From NCBI RefSeq assembly GCF_006345805.1, contig NC_043000.1:107880001-107944000 (forward strand): 64,000 nucleotides of DNA, read 5' to 3'. The notes beneath the pieces were generated by a model. That model was not told where the DNA came from and ran no database searches. It saw only the letters and a list, made by a program, of their open reading frames with translations. The first letter of the stretch is position 1, and the number at the start of each line of letters is the position of its first letter. The position numbers and the translations under genes are program-made. This DNA is from Octopus sinensis (taxonomy: Eukaryota). This document shows, piece by piece, positions 38,485 through 51,364 of this stretch.

Positions 38485-38680
38485 TCTAAATTTGGCACAA
38501 GGGCAGCAATTTTGGGGGTCGGGTGATAAGTAGAGTATACCAACCTCAATGTTCAACTGGTGCATATTTTAGCGACCCTGAAAGGATGAAAGGCAAAGTC
38601 GACCTCGGTGGAATTTGAGCTCAGAAAGTGACGCATTTTGACCGGCGTCCTAACGAATCTACTATCCCGCCACATTAAAA
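38485..38680 (-). mobile_element. SINE family B
   Basis: aaatttggcacaaggg...aaaggcaaagtcgacctcggtggaatttgagctcag. Confidence 0.8.
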
Positions 38681-39051
38681 ATGAAAAAACACAATGTAAG
38701 ACATAACTGGCCATAAACTTTAAGTAATCCATAAGAGATGTTACCAACCATTTTAGTCAACTGTACTGGAATTTTGGTCGAAGTAATTACCGAAAATTAA
38801 TTTGATTATTAACAGCTGTCAAATGTGATGGACCTTTCACTGCTAAGAGTAAATTGCAAATGCATAGCAATTTGAACGGCACATCTTTATATACAAAGCT
38901 AATGCATATTTAATTACACAAATTCATATTTGTAGATATTAAGTTACTGCATAGCATCTTGGGCAAATTGGGCAAATGACATTTGCTGTAGTCACATATG
39001 CCGACCAAACTTTGAGAGTGGATTTGAGAGACAGAAACTGAAAGAAAATCG

Positions 39052-39087
<36 letters not shown>

Positions 39088-39755
39088 GTCATTGCTTGTG
39101 CACTACAATGCACATTCTCTCCATCAAGAGAAAGTTTTTCTGTAATTATTCACAGTGTGCCACGTGCCAAATGCCAAATCGATCGCAGATTTGATATCAT
39201 AGTAGCCTTCTCCTAGCCTAGTTGCTCAAAATCTACGGACCCCAGACTGCCTATAAATAAGTAAATGTACACTATCTAAGGGGACCATCAGCAACCACAA
39301 GCTTTGATTATGTATAGGACTTTTCCTTCTCCTAGGTGGGTTGCCTGAGCACGGCTAATCACCTTCATTTGGCCCATATATATATATATAAATGCATAGC
39401 AAATGTGAAAAGATATGAGATTTAAGAATATAGATACGATATATAAAAACACACGCGTTCCTTCGCCCTTTGACAGGTCCTATATTTCTTCTCGCATGGT
39501 GTCCAGCGGTCACCCTCCACACTAAACCAGCTCCACAGGGTTGCCTGTTTAGTCGCAGACAACCCGCTCATGCAACAGGTTGTTCTGGGTTACATGTTCT
39601 CAGTGACCTGACATAAAATACACACATTCACACACACGCGCGCGTGCGAACACACACATATGTATACATATGCATATATATATATGTACATACACATATA
39701 TATTCATGGATATATATATATATACATATTCTATATAGATTTATATATATATATG

Positions 39756-39827
<72 letters not shown>

Positions 39828-39919
39828 CATACACATATATTCACATATGTATATGCTTGCCTGTATCCTTGTCTGATTGTGTGTATCTGTGTGTGAGCGT
39901 GTGTGTGTGTGTGTGTACC

Positions 39920-40397
39920 GATTACGCAGCATTGACACAATTCTTGAGTGTTTATAGGATAACATTTTACCAAAACACTTGTTCAGGCAAGTCACTTGCA
40001 GAACTAATGTTTGCTCGAAAAATAAAATCAATTTTTGACAGCCAGTAAGAAAAACAAATAGAGAAAACACTAAAATTACGACAAAGTATTTTAATATCGG
40101 TGACAAAGGGTTTTTCAAAATATATTAAAATGGGAGAGAAGGTTGGGAAGAGGGAGTAGTAACGAAAAGAATAGGCAAAATGACGTATATGATAAGAGGC
40201 GAAAATGGGAACACAAAAGACATTTAAACCAGCTAAGAGATAAATATACTGAAAAAAGAAAAGAGATACCCATGGAAGTACTCTACGACACCTTTGATGT
40301 TTCAGCTCCACAAGAAGTCGAACCTAGGCGTAGCAGCACAAGAGAGAGAAAACAAATAGAAGGTTTGGATGTAGTGCCTAAACGGAAGAAATATTAA
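39920..40397 (+). pseudogene. Gypsy pol C-terminus (integrase end plus SH3-like region)
   Basis: [29 protein letters not shown]; WEEGVVTKRIGKMTYMI; RHLNQLR; PRRSSTRERK. Confidence 0.85.
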
Positions 40398-41070
40398 ACT
40401 TACATAGGAAATAAATCTCAAAAAAGGGAGAAGCAAAAAAGAAATGAAAATAAAAATGATAATATTAACTTCCAAAGAAGTCTAATCTCAGAGGGTGAGA
40501 TATTATGGAGAGAGTGAATGAATCACATGTGGGCTTGGAAGAATGGACTAGCCGAACGCTTATAACGATTTATATATATATTAAAAGTATTTTAATATCG
40601 GTGACAAAGGGTTTTTCAAAATATATTAAAATGGGAGAGAAGGTTGGGAAGAGGGAGTAGTAACGAAAAGAATAGGCAAAATGACGTATATGATAAGAGG
40701 CGAAAATGGGAACACAAAAGACATTTAAACCAGCTAAGAGATAAATATACTGAAAAAAGAAAAGAGATACCCATGGAAGTACTCTACGACACCTTTGATG
40801 TTTCAGCTCCACAAGAAGTCGAACCTAGGCGTAGCAGCACAAGAGAGAGAAAACAAATAGAAGGTTTGGATGTAGTGCCTAAACGGAAGAAATATTAAAC
40901 TTACATAGGAAATAAATCTCAAAAAAGGGAGAAGCAAAAAAGAAATGAAAATAAAAATGATAATATTAACTTCCAAAGAAGTCTAATCTCAGAGGGTGAG
41001 ATATTATGGAGAGAGTGAATGAATCACATGTGGGCTTGGAAGAATGGACTAGCCGAACGCTTATAACGAT
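40083..41070 (+). repeat. tandem duplication, period 501 bp, with 14-bp TA-rich filler
   Basis: 40083-40569 and 40584-41070 read identical; filler ttatatatatatta. Confidence 0.92.
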
Positions 41071-42740
41071 ATTAAAATTGGTTGAGCGAGAGAGGTCGAA
41101 GGAATCGTTGAGAGTTCGTGGAAATCGTAGGAAATCGCTGAGAACTTTGAGAATTGTATTTATCGGAGTATCATGTTTAGTGGAATAATTTGAAGTACGT
41201 CGTGTGAAGACAGTTGTGCGTATCTCGTCTTCGTGAAATCAGTATATCCAACGAATAGAAGGATCCAAAATATTCCAAACGATAATCTTTCTCGAATATT
41301 TATAGAATTATTAAATAACGTATGTAAGGTGATTCAAACTATACTCTCTCATCTTTTTTCTATATATGGACGCTATCTAACATATTCTGACTCATTTCTC
41401 ACCTACATCGTTCAGAAATATTTTCAAACATTTATATCACTTACACACGTAGCAAAGCTTGAAGCAAATTACTACAGTGTCTTATACTTTAGTCTTCTTG
41501 TATAATTTCATTGTCGTACATTCGGACTTCAAATGCAGTCTGTCTCAATAATGAAATAAATAATATCTCATTAGGCTTCATTCAAACAACATATACATCT
41601 AATTTACGAGAATTGGCCGTCCAACCCTTTAGCGCACGCAAATCAATACTAAATACTAATGTACTAAGACAATAGGATGTCGGACAATAGTATAACGTGT
41701 CATGTTTCTCTCAGCAAACGGCTTTACATATTTATTTCTTGTACAATATAATAACCTAACAGTTATATAATGGTGTTGATTCAGCTGATTGAATACGTCA
41801 ACTAAAACAAAAAAGCAAAGAGAAATCAAACCTTTCTTGAAACATTAGAAAGTGATCATTATAACACTGAAAAACAAAATGTCTGCTGACGTTAAGCATC
41901 ATTACATCCTACTGGAAACACAAATGAGTAACGGTTTATGAACCGGTTTAAGTAGAATGTAACGAGAAGAATTAAGTAGCGTGTGACAATTCGGTCACCT
42001 TCACATAGAATAATTTAGATTTCTTGTTTTATTTTTGTTTTCAATAACGTCTAATTTTGTACAAACGAGAAGGTTTAGCTCGAACTATACAAATGGGTAA
42101 GATGTAAACATATATTAAGTCAGAAAGGTATTCCGGGAAAATATCTTCTTTTCCTTTTCATCGGAGTCATCATAATCATCATCGTCATTGTCGCCATAAT
42201 CATCACCGTCATTATCGGCGCCGCCGGCAGTGACAGAGTGGTGCTAATCAACAGTACAGTGTGTTGGAAGGTACAAGACCCATGTGCCATATATATAGTG
42301 ACACCAACATGGAAAGGCTTTCTGCTTACACAAAATAGATCTGTTCTATTAGCTGTATGGCAGCGTCAACAGCAATAACTGCAGTAGCAGCAACGGCAAA
42401 ATAGACATTGTTTTACACATATGCTATGTATAATGTAGTTCAAATAACTGGTAGTCCGTTAGTTACGACGACAAGGGTTCCAGCTGATCCGATTAATGGC
42501 ACAGCCCGTCCGTGATATGAAATCACATTCGATAATATAATACTATCTTGTTCAAAGAATCCACCTATTTTGAAACGAGAGCGCGGTAAGTCGTGATTTA
42601 AAGTCGATTTGGTTGCTATGATGCAGGTCGAGCAACTATGAAAGAGGTTCTCTCTTTCATATTTTCATAGGCTCAGTGAATTCATGCGAATATTATCCAC
42701 TAGGACCTTCCATCCGACGACGTAGCCTGAGTAGCAATTT

Positions 42741-42741
42741 G

Positions 42742-42782
<41 letters not shown>

Positions 42783-42792
42783 CACCACCACC

Positions 42793-42851
<59 letters not shown>
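42741..42851. repeat. (CTA)n/(CCA)n microsatellite
   Basis: Direct reading. Confidence 0.95.
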
Positions 42852-43360
42852 AACAAACTTTCCATTGGCCACATTGACTGGCGGAGACAATATTTAAATG
42901 TCCTGCTGCTACATGGCGTAGTGCTGTAGATAAGTGGTCTTGCAATATCCTGTGCTCGTTTCATTAATAAGAGTCAATTATTGTTACTAGTAACATTAGT
43001 GACATTAGTTCAGGGCAATATTGACTACATAATTACATATTTTATATCCTTGTCTCCTCGGGTTGTTACTTTTCCATAGGTGAGGTCAGGTCTAAGTAGT
43101 ACACACTTGGTTCGTTTATGATGTAGTAGGATTTAGTTTGAAGAGATTCGGCTGGTATGTCTATCAGCTGAAGCGATCAGGTAAATGCCCTCTGTTCTAA
43201 GAAGTAGTTCATTACAGTCACATACTGACTAGATTTGTCAATGTATTACACTGTTTGACATACAATTGGCTTAGTCGTTAGCTGCCATAAATCTAATCCA
43301 ATCTCTTGAGATGAATTGGTAGCTAGAGCGAATCTCCACCCACGATATTATTCAATTTCT

Positions 43361-43409
<49 letters not shown>

Positions 43410-43639
43410 ATATATACGCGTAGCTGTTTGAACGAATAATATAGACTAATATATGGATTTATGTAGGTTTCCAAGAAGGTGTGTATATATGTGAGTATAC
43501 GTGTGTGTGTGCATATGTGCATGTTGGTCTGTATGTGTCTATGTATATATACATTTACATATATAAGTTAAGTATGCTTATAATACTTATTAAGCTATGT
43601 ATGTATATATGCATATCTATATATCTGTCTGTGTGTCTG

Positions 43640-43688
<49 letters not shown>

Positions 43689-45293
43689 TTATCTATCTGT
43701 CTGTCTGTCTGTATGTCTGTCTATCTATCTATCTGTCTGTCTGTCTGTCTGTCTGTCTCTGTCTATCTATCTATCTTTGAATGTATATATGGATGCATGT
43801 ATAAGTATATGAGCTTCTTGGAGAATATGTATATGTGTGTGTGTATATGTGTGTATGTGTGTGTGTGCGTGTGTACATGAGTGAGTGCCAGGGTGTATTC
43901 GTAATAGTTTACCAATATATCGCAAATATATTTTCAGATGAAGTGTAGTTCACTCATTTGCTCGATAAATTTTAGAATATTTTTATCGAATTACATCAAA
44001 TCTACTGGAGCTATAATGTAATATAATGGAAACGAAGTGACATATGAAAGCAAATCAACGAACACATTAAAATAAACACACTCACGCATACATCTACGTT
44101 TGTCTGGGTGTATTTGTTGGAATACGAGCATGATTTTGTGTACACATTTCATATTTACTGTTAGGGATGTATTTTAAATACCCAAGTGAATATGAATATA
44201 ACGCTTTTCCGTATTTCGCTTGACTCCTAGGAACCCTTTGATGATGGGAAGATCTCATACGTTTGTATTTACTTATATTAATTTATTTATATTTATACGT
44301 ACGCGCATACACACACATACGTATTGATAGAATCATATTTGATTACTCACTAATTTTAAGTATATGGTAAACTCAAACGTGGTGACTTCGTCTTAGTGGT
44401 ATTTTTTTCTCCGGCTATTTCCGTTTTAAGTTCAAATTCTGCCGATGCCAACTTTGTCTTTCCGAGGTCGATAAGATAAATTACCTGTTAAACACTGAGA
44501 TCGATGTCATTGACTTATTCCTTCATTCAAAATTGTTAGTTTTATACCAAAATTAGAAAGGAGAAAAAATCTGGCCTACTCTATTTTTAACCAAAGCCAA
44601 CTGCATTTGCCATCAGTTAGTTCTTCGGTTTTCTTAAAGATCACCGAATGGTTTTTATTTCCTTAAAATGTTGTCCATTTTTTCTATATACTCTACTTTT
44701 TATGTTGAGTAGGGTGGGGCTCTAATTAGATAATACTTCATTTATTACCGCCTGAAGGGGAACTGTTTCTTCCAGTCAGAAACCGAAATTTGATTGGTTC
44801 TTGTTAGACGTTCTCATCTTTCAAGATGACTGCGTCATCTCATGTATTTCCCTGCCTTCAAAACCCCATACACAAAGTAAAAAGGCTTTGTAATGTCCCT
44901 TTCATCAGACACTCTCGCGGTAAAGGAAAGGTTGCACAATTGTTACTGCACTGAACACAATGCGTAGAGATATTCGTTTCTAAATTGTACGTTCGGACTT
45001 CAAATGCCGTCGAGATAGACTTTTGTCGCATTTCATCATTTACGATAAGCTTCTTCTTCTTCTTCTTCTTCTTCTTCTTCTTCTTCTTCTTCTTCTCCTC
45101 CTCCTTCTTACTTAGCAGGCTGTAAAGGCTATATAAAAGGAGAAAGTCCCGAGGACACATGTATGAACTAACTTCTGAATGAGTGGAGTACATAATTAAT
45201 GTAATGTTTGCGAACACTAGGTTTTACATATCATGATCCTTACTACACTGATTAGACAACGCGAGTGGATAGGTATATGTCCAGCAGCTTAAG

Positions 45294-45362
<69 letters not shown>

Positions 45363-45477
45363 TATATACACACATATATGCATATAAAGGTATGTATACA
45401 TAGCTTCATATATACATATACACATATGCACACATGTATAAAGATATACATACATACATATACATATATATATATAT

Positions 45478-45770
45478 CAACAATCAAGGAACGGCCATAA
45501 TAGGCCATTCACCCACTAGAAATAACAGCCAAAGCTTCAACCGCAAATAAAAATCAATTCCGTAAACAGGAGAAAATTTAAAAAACATTTACCCTGTAAT
45601 TTCTTATACGATGCACCGTTTCATCTGCTGTTTAATGGTAAACTAACCTGATTAAATTAAATCAGGCCAATCTTCCATAGGCCCTCAGATTCTTCAGTAA
45701 GAAATAGCCACAAGTCGGAACAGATATTTTCACGAGGCATTTCCGACCCTGCCAAGGTAATATCTGACCT
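45478..45770 (-). mobile_element. ~290-bp non-coding hammerhead mini-element between TA tracts
   Basis: Flanked by TA-rich microsatellites, no ORF, contains an intact HHR. Confidence 0.75.
45599..45705 (-). ncRNA. intact type-I hammerhead ribozyme with branched stem II
   Basis: auuucuua-CUGAAGA-aucug[58 nt]cagau-GAAA-cggugcaucg-UA-uaagaaau: 8-bp stem I, 5-bp stem II base, GUA site (cut predicted between 45607 and 45606). Confidence 0.85.
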
Positions 45771-45875
45771 AAAATATATATATATATATGTGTGTGTGTG
45801 TGTCATATATATACACACACACATATGATGGGTGTATATTTCTGTCTGTCTGTCTGTTCTCTCTCTCTCTCTCTC

Positions 45876-45918
<43 letters not shown>

Positions 45919-46513
45919 CTTTATATACATCTTTATGCACGAGTTTACATACCTACAAAGAAATATATGTAGATATACAACTGAAAGCATGAGAGCTTTC
46001 ACGCGTATAATTCCGCCCTGAAAAAAACAAAACAAAATAAAAACAAAAAAACAAAACAAAGCAAAACGAAAGAAACCAAGGAAAAAAAAGAATAAAAAGT
46101 AGCAAAAAGCAACAGCGTAAACACTGTCACAAATAAATAGATTAATACGATGGCAGTTAAGTGTTTTAAGAAGGAATCTTATTTCATATAATTGAATCAT
46201 TCGTGGTACTACAGTATTATCAGTCGAGAGTAATTCTCGAAAACTAATAGTGAAGTATGAGCCGCAGGGTAGGTTTCTATTAAAAAGTGTAATATTGAGA
46301 CGGTATCTTTCGTTGGAACGAAGTTTCTTTACTTATATCCCTTACTTGACCAGCTGTCAGGATTAATAGGATTGTCTATGTCCACTTTATTGTGTTAAGC
46401 AAATATTATCAATGTAAATTTGTATATATATATATACATATTCTGTTATTCTGTTATGTGTTTCAGGCCTAATGCTGTTGCCAAGCTGGGGCACTCACTC
46501 ACACACACACCAG

Positions 46514-46561
<48 letters not shown>

Positions 46562-46694
46562 ATAATAAAATAATAATAATATAATAATAATAATAATAAT
46601 AATAATATGAGGGAATATTATTCCAAACTTACAGGGAAAAATTCAATTTAGAAATACTAAATCAAATTTCACAAAGTATAATATATATATATAA

Positions 46695-46910
46695 ATTAGA
46701 AAAAAGCCCACCTTTTATCAATTCATTATTGAAAAATTAAATAATACCATCTAGAAAAATTACATATTATAGAAAGATTACGATAAACTTATAACAATTA
46801 TTAAGTAATGTGCAAAATAGTAAATAAAACGTATTATCTTATATTTAATCTTTCTAGATGGTATAATTTAATTTTTCATTATTGAATTTTTGGTTTTTTT
46901 TCTATACATA
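46695..46910. repeat. tail-out inverted pair of an AT-rich mini-element end
   Basis: ~50-bp arms (46720-46768 / 46840-46888, about 6 mismatches), ~71-bp spacer; outer ends run into TA tracts. Confidence 0.7.
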
Positions 46911-46935
46911 TATAAATATGTATGTATGTGTATAT

Positions 46936-47032
<97 letters not shown>

Positions 47033-48128
47033 ATATGTTAATAAAATAGAATATATGCATATATATAAACATATATGTACGTACCTACCTCTACATGTAC
47101 ATATACACGCATATATGTGTACAGGACACCAAAAAGACGTCGAACACATAGAGAGACGAAACACATAGACACAAACCAAGGAACAAGACAAGCAAAAAAA
47201 AAAAAAAGGAGAGATACAGGACAATAAGCACAACGAAAAATCCCCTTCTTCAGTCGCTAAGATTTCATCTACTAAACGTTTCGAAGGATAAAAGCGAGAC
47301 GTATACTTCGAAGAAAAATTCCTTCCCGCGAAAAGCAAATCAATTAAAATTCTGAGATCTTTTCGCAGAGGGTAAAAAAAAACAAAAAAAAAACAAGACG
47401 GTAACGACAGTACAAACATATAAACAGTAAAAATATATATATAAACAGTGGAAAAATAAATATATAACAGTGAGAGACAACAAGGAGAACAAGATAAGAA
47501 GGGCTGTTAACGCCAGACGAAAAAAGTATTGTAAACGCTGGATTATCGTGGAAGACAGAGAGGGGAAATTTTGTCAACCAGAAGCCTTGCAAGGCGGGCG
47601 AGAAAGGACAGGATAGCAGTTACGACGGAAGTATCGTCGCAGATGGATGACGGGAATGGGGGAGGAGGAGCAAGAGGAAGAGAGAGAAGAAGGGGAATGG
47701 TGCGAGGAGACCATGAAGAATGGTGAAAGGGAGAGAGAGAATGAAGAATGAGAGAGAGGAAGAGAAAGTTAAGTGAGGGAAAAAAAGACGAAAAAGGGAA
47801 TGGGAGAGAAAGAAAGAAAGATGCAGAGTCGCGTGAGAGTTAATATCAAGGCTAACTTGATAAACAGAACAATCTTACTTAGTAGGGCGTGCGTTTAGTC
47901 GTATAATATGTTAATAAAATAGAATATATGCATATATATAAACATATATGTACGTACCTACCTCTACATGTACATATACACGCATATATGTGTACAGGAC
48001 ACCAAAAAGACGTCGAACACATAGAGAGACGAAACACATAGACACAAACCAAGGAACAAGACAAGCAAAAAAAAAAAGGGAGAGATACAGGACAATAAGC
48101 ACAACGAAAAATCCCCTTCTTCAGTCGC
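47033..48128 (-). mobile_element. non-coding element with ~224-bp direct terminal repeats (pLTR-like) in (TA)n
   Basis: 47033-47257 repeated at 47906-48128; ~650-bp non-coding interior; TA on both sides; no TG..CA ends. Confidence 0.75.
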
Positions 48129-48139
48129 ATATATATATA

Positions 48140-48340
48140 TATTATCGCCGGCGATTTTTTTCCTCTGTCTTCCCTTCTCGGGATCTTTCCTTCTCCTATG
48201 TTTCCGACGAAGAGCTCCGCTCGAAACGTTAAACCATCCTTCTTCCCTTCTTTCCTGAGCGTCCAATAATACTTTATTTGTTCCACGTCCTCGCGTTGTT
48301 GTGCTTTTTTTTTTTTTTTTAGTTTTCTTGTTTGGATTAA
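48140..48340 (+). mobile_element. ~190-bp hammerhead mini-element in (TA)n
   Basis: TA-flanked, with an HHR at 48200-48234. Confidence 0.75.
48200..48234 (+). ncRNA. minimal hammerhead variant (U4C, extra A after A9)
   Basis: guuu-CCGACGA-A-GAGC(UCC)GCUC-GAAA-CG-UU-aaac; self-complementary AACGUU stem III. Confidence 0.7.
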
Positions 48341-48861
48341 CTATATATATATATACATATACACACACATATATATATATATATACACGCATATATACAT
48401 ACATGCATATATATGTATATATACAGATATATATGCATAAATATACATATACAGTTAATCAAAATTCCATAAATATCTGTAATTCTGTATAGACTTAAAC
48501 GGTAAAATGCGTCGCTTAAGAAGGGCTTCAGTTTGAACAAATTTTATGATGTTTCATATGTACATTTATTAAATTCATTCAGTTGTTAAACATAAATAAA
48601 TCATGGAATTAAATGGTTCTGATTTACTTTCAGATGACTTTTGGCCAATCCTGCATATGTATGTGTGTGTGTGTGTGTGTTTGTTTATGTGTGCCTAGAT
48701 GATCTATATCACTGTGTACGCACTTACGAGTACAAACACACACGCACACAATACATTACATACACACACACACTTGCATGCCCACATAGACACACAAACA
48801 TACATACAATCAAAACATGCTTCTATGTCACTTATTGATTTATTTAATTATGAATATATTC

Positions 48862-49063
48862 TGTTATTCTTTTACTAGTTTCAGTCATTTGACTGTCGCG
48901 ATGCTGGGATACCGCCTTTAGTCTACCATATCGACTCCAGGACTTATTCTTTGTAAGCCTGGTACTTCTATCGATCTCTTTTGCCGAACCTGCTAAGTTA
49001 CGGGGACGTAAACACACCACAATCGGTTGTCAAGCCATGTTGGATGAACAAGCACAGACACGC

Positions 49064-49118
<55 letters not shown>

Positions 49119-49240
49119 CATCGGGCTTCTTTCAGTTTCCGTCTACCAAATCCACTCACAAGGCTTTGGTCGGCCCGACGCTATCGTAGAAGATACTTGC
49201 CCAGGGTGCCACGCAGTGTGACTGAACCGGGAACCATGCG
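48862..49240 (-). mobile_element. SINE family A, head truncated
   Basis: Both halves plus internal microsatellite. Confidence 0.85.
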
Positions 49241-49423
49241 AAGAACAAACACGAGAAAAAACAAAGCGAGTTTTCCTTTCAATTGTGCTCTCCATTACTG
49301 AAACCAAGCTAAACTCATACGACTTGAAGCCACAAAAAGCATTCCCTGACTTATAGATGATGTTGTAAAAACTCCCTATTCAAAATTTATTTCACAAATT
49401 TCTTAATATAAACAAATTAGGCT

Positions 49424-49970
49424 CATGTATGAACTGTTACATGTGTATTTATAATATACTTTTCAACTGCAGTCGTTTTATATTGTTGATACACTCAGGC
49501 AATAATTATTTCCTCTAATGAATTTGTATATGTATATTATTTTTAATAGAACAGATAGAATATGGATGGTAATTCTAATTAATACACTTATCAATCTAGT
49601 GGTTGTATTTTGAGATGTGACATCAATCATCGTTAATTATTGAAAGAACGCCGGTTACTTTATGTATAGTTACTGAAAGAATACTTGGTAAAAAAAGGAC
49701 ATGTATAAACTGTTAAATTAAGATGTGTATTTATATACTTTTCAACTGCAGTCGTTTTATATTCTTGATACACTCAGGCAATAATTATTTTCTCTGATGA
49801 GTTTGTGTATGTATATGTTTATGTAGGTGTGTGTGATTGTAATAATTATTTTTAACAAAATATATAGAATATGGATGGTAAATCAAAGTTATACATTTGT
49901 CAATGTTAGCCAGTGGTTGTCTTTTGAGCTGTGACATCGATCATCGTTTGTTACTGAAAGAAAGCTGGTT
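49424..49970. repeat. diverged tandem duplication, period ~276 bp
   Basis: catgtat(g/a)aactgtta at 49424 and 49700; shared ttttcaactgcagtcgttttatatt..gatacactcaggcaataattattt. Confidence 0.85.
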
Positions 49971-50345
49971 CACACATACTTCCTTTGTACACGCACACAC
50001 ATACACACACACACACAGAGTTGGAACACCGTTTGACTTTTTTCACCCCTTCCTTCCTTATTCATCTATCACCCCTTCATATTCATATGTTGTGATGAGT
50101 AGATATATGTAGAATTGAAAAATGCTTACGCTGAAAATGGTTACAGAATATCATAATAAAGCTTAAAAAGAATGGAACTAGCATTGTTGCTATAAAATAT
50201 TGGAATCTGAAAACGAAAAGAGACTCGTGTGTGAATTATTATATTACGATAATTATTAAACCGAATTCCTAATATAGAAATTTGAAAATGTACAAAATAT
50301 GATTTTTAATTTCGAATAATTAAATTCATTATAATACTCTTCATA

Positions 50346-50384
<39 letters not shown>

Positions 50385-51067
50385 TATATAATATATATAT
50401 ATATAAAACATATTTCACACTGCTTGCAAATTACTATGATAATTAAAAAATTGGATCTATGATGAAGTCGAATCTATATAACAGCGAAGGTACGAAACCG
50501 AAATAATTATAAAAAAGATAATTCGCATTATGATACACATGTTAATGGAATAGTTATGCGAATTAAACAAATTTCTACTGAATTATTTTTAATTGATTAC
50601 TTGTAAATTTATAAAAATTGTCATTTAGATTGAATTATTGCGTAAAGATGATATTAGTATTCGTACGCAATTATTTTGTTAAAACTGAGTATACGAAAAT
50701 TTAACTTCGTTAATTTTTAATATAATATAACTTAATTTCGATGAACTAAACAAATTTCTTGTGATAAAAGGATTTCACAGAATGTGTAATATATAGTGAT
50801 TCCAATATTTTTGAGCAACGATGCTAGTCCGAACGCTTGTAATATTTCATATATGTACCGTATTTCTGCTAATGGTGTGGCAGCATCCAATCATTTGACA
50901 CCCAAGTGCCGACCAATTGAAATAGTGTAACTGTCACAATATTAAAAAAAAAATGTATGATAAAGTCGATAATAATTGTATACATATAAATTCAAATTAC
51001 GATGAACGTAAAGAAACAAACGAAGTTTGCTTTAGAAGCATTGGGATGTCTTAGAAAGTTAAAGAAG

Positions 51068-51342
51068 TGATCTTAAATCCTCAAACACAGGATAATGTTA
51101 ATAATATAGCCTGAACAGGATGAGCTACCCTTATTTTGCAGAAAAAGTGTTGGCGGCCGGCTATGAGACTCGAACTCGCACATCCGTGATTACGCGTCCG
51201 TGATTACGCACCGCGTAATCACGGAGGTGTGAGTTCGAGTCTCATAGCCGGCCGCCAACACTTTTTCCTGCAAGATAAGGGTAGCTTATTCTGTTCAGGC
51301 TATATTATTAGCATTATCCCGCATTTGAGAATTTAAAATCAC
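51068..51342. mobile_element. palindromic (tail-out) pair of family E elements
   Basis: Arms 51068-51209 / 51213-51342, 3-nt centre, 14-bp tandem copy at the junction, right end abuts (TA)n. Confidence 0.88.
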
Positions 51343-51364
51343 GTATATATATATATATATATAT

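Larger units (their letters stand above)
39920..41382 (+). mobile_element. Gypsy LTR-retrotransposon 3' fragment with 3' LTR and internal 501-bp-period duplication
   Basis: Integrase C-terminus, purine tract agagggtgaga, LTR-like tattatgg...ctaaca (41002-41382). Confidence 0.8.

Noticed and set aside
40143-40898. Two identical 84-aa ORFs as a duplicated novel gene
   Set aside because: They are the frameshifted Gypsy pol C-terminus inside a tandem duplication.
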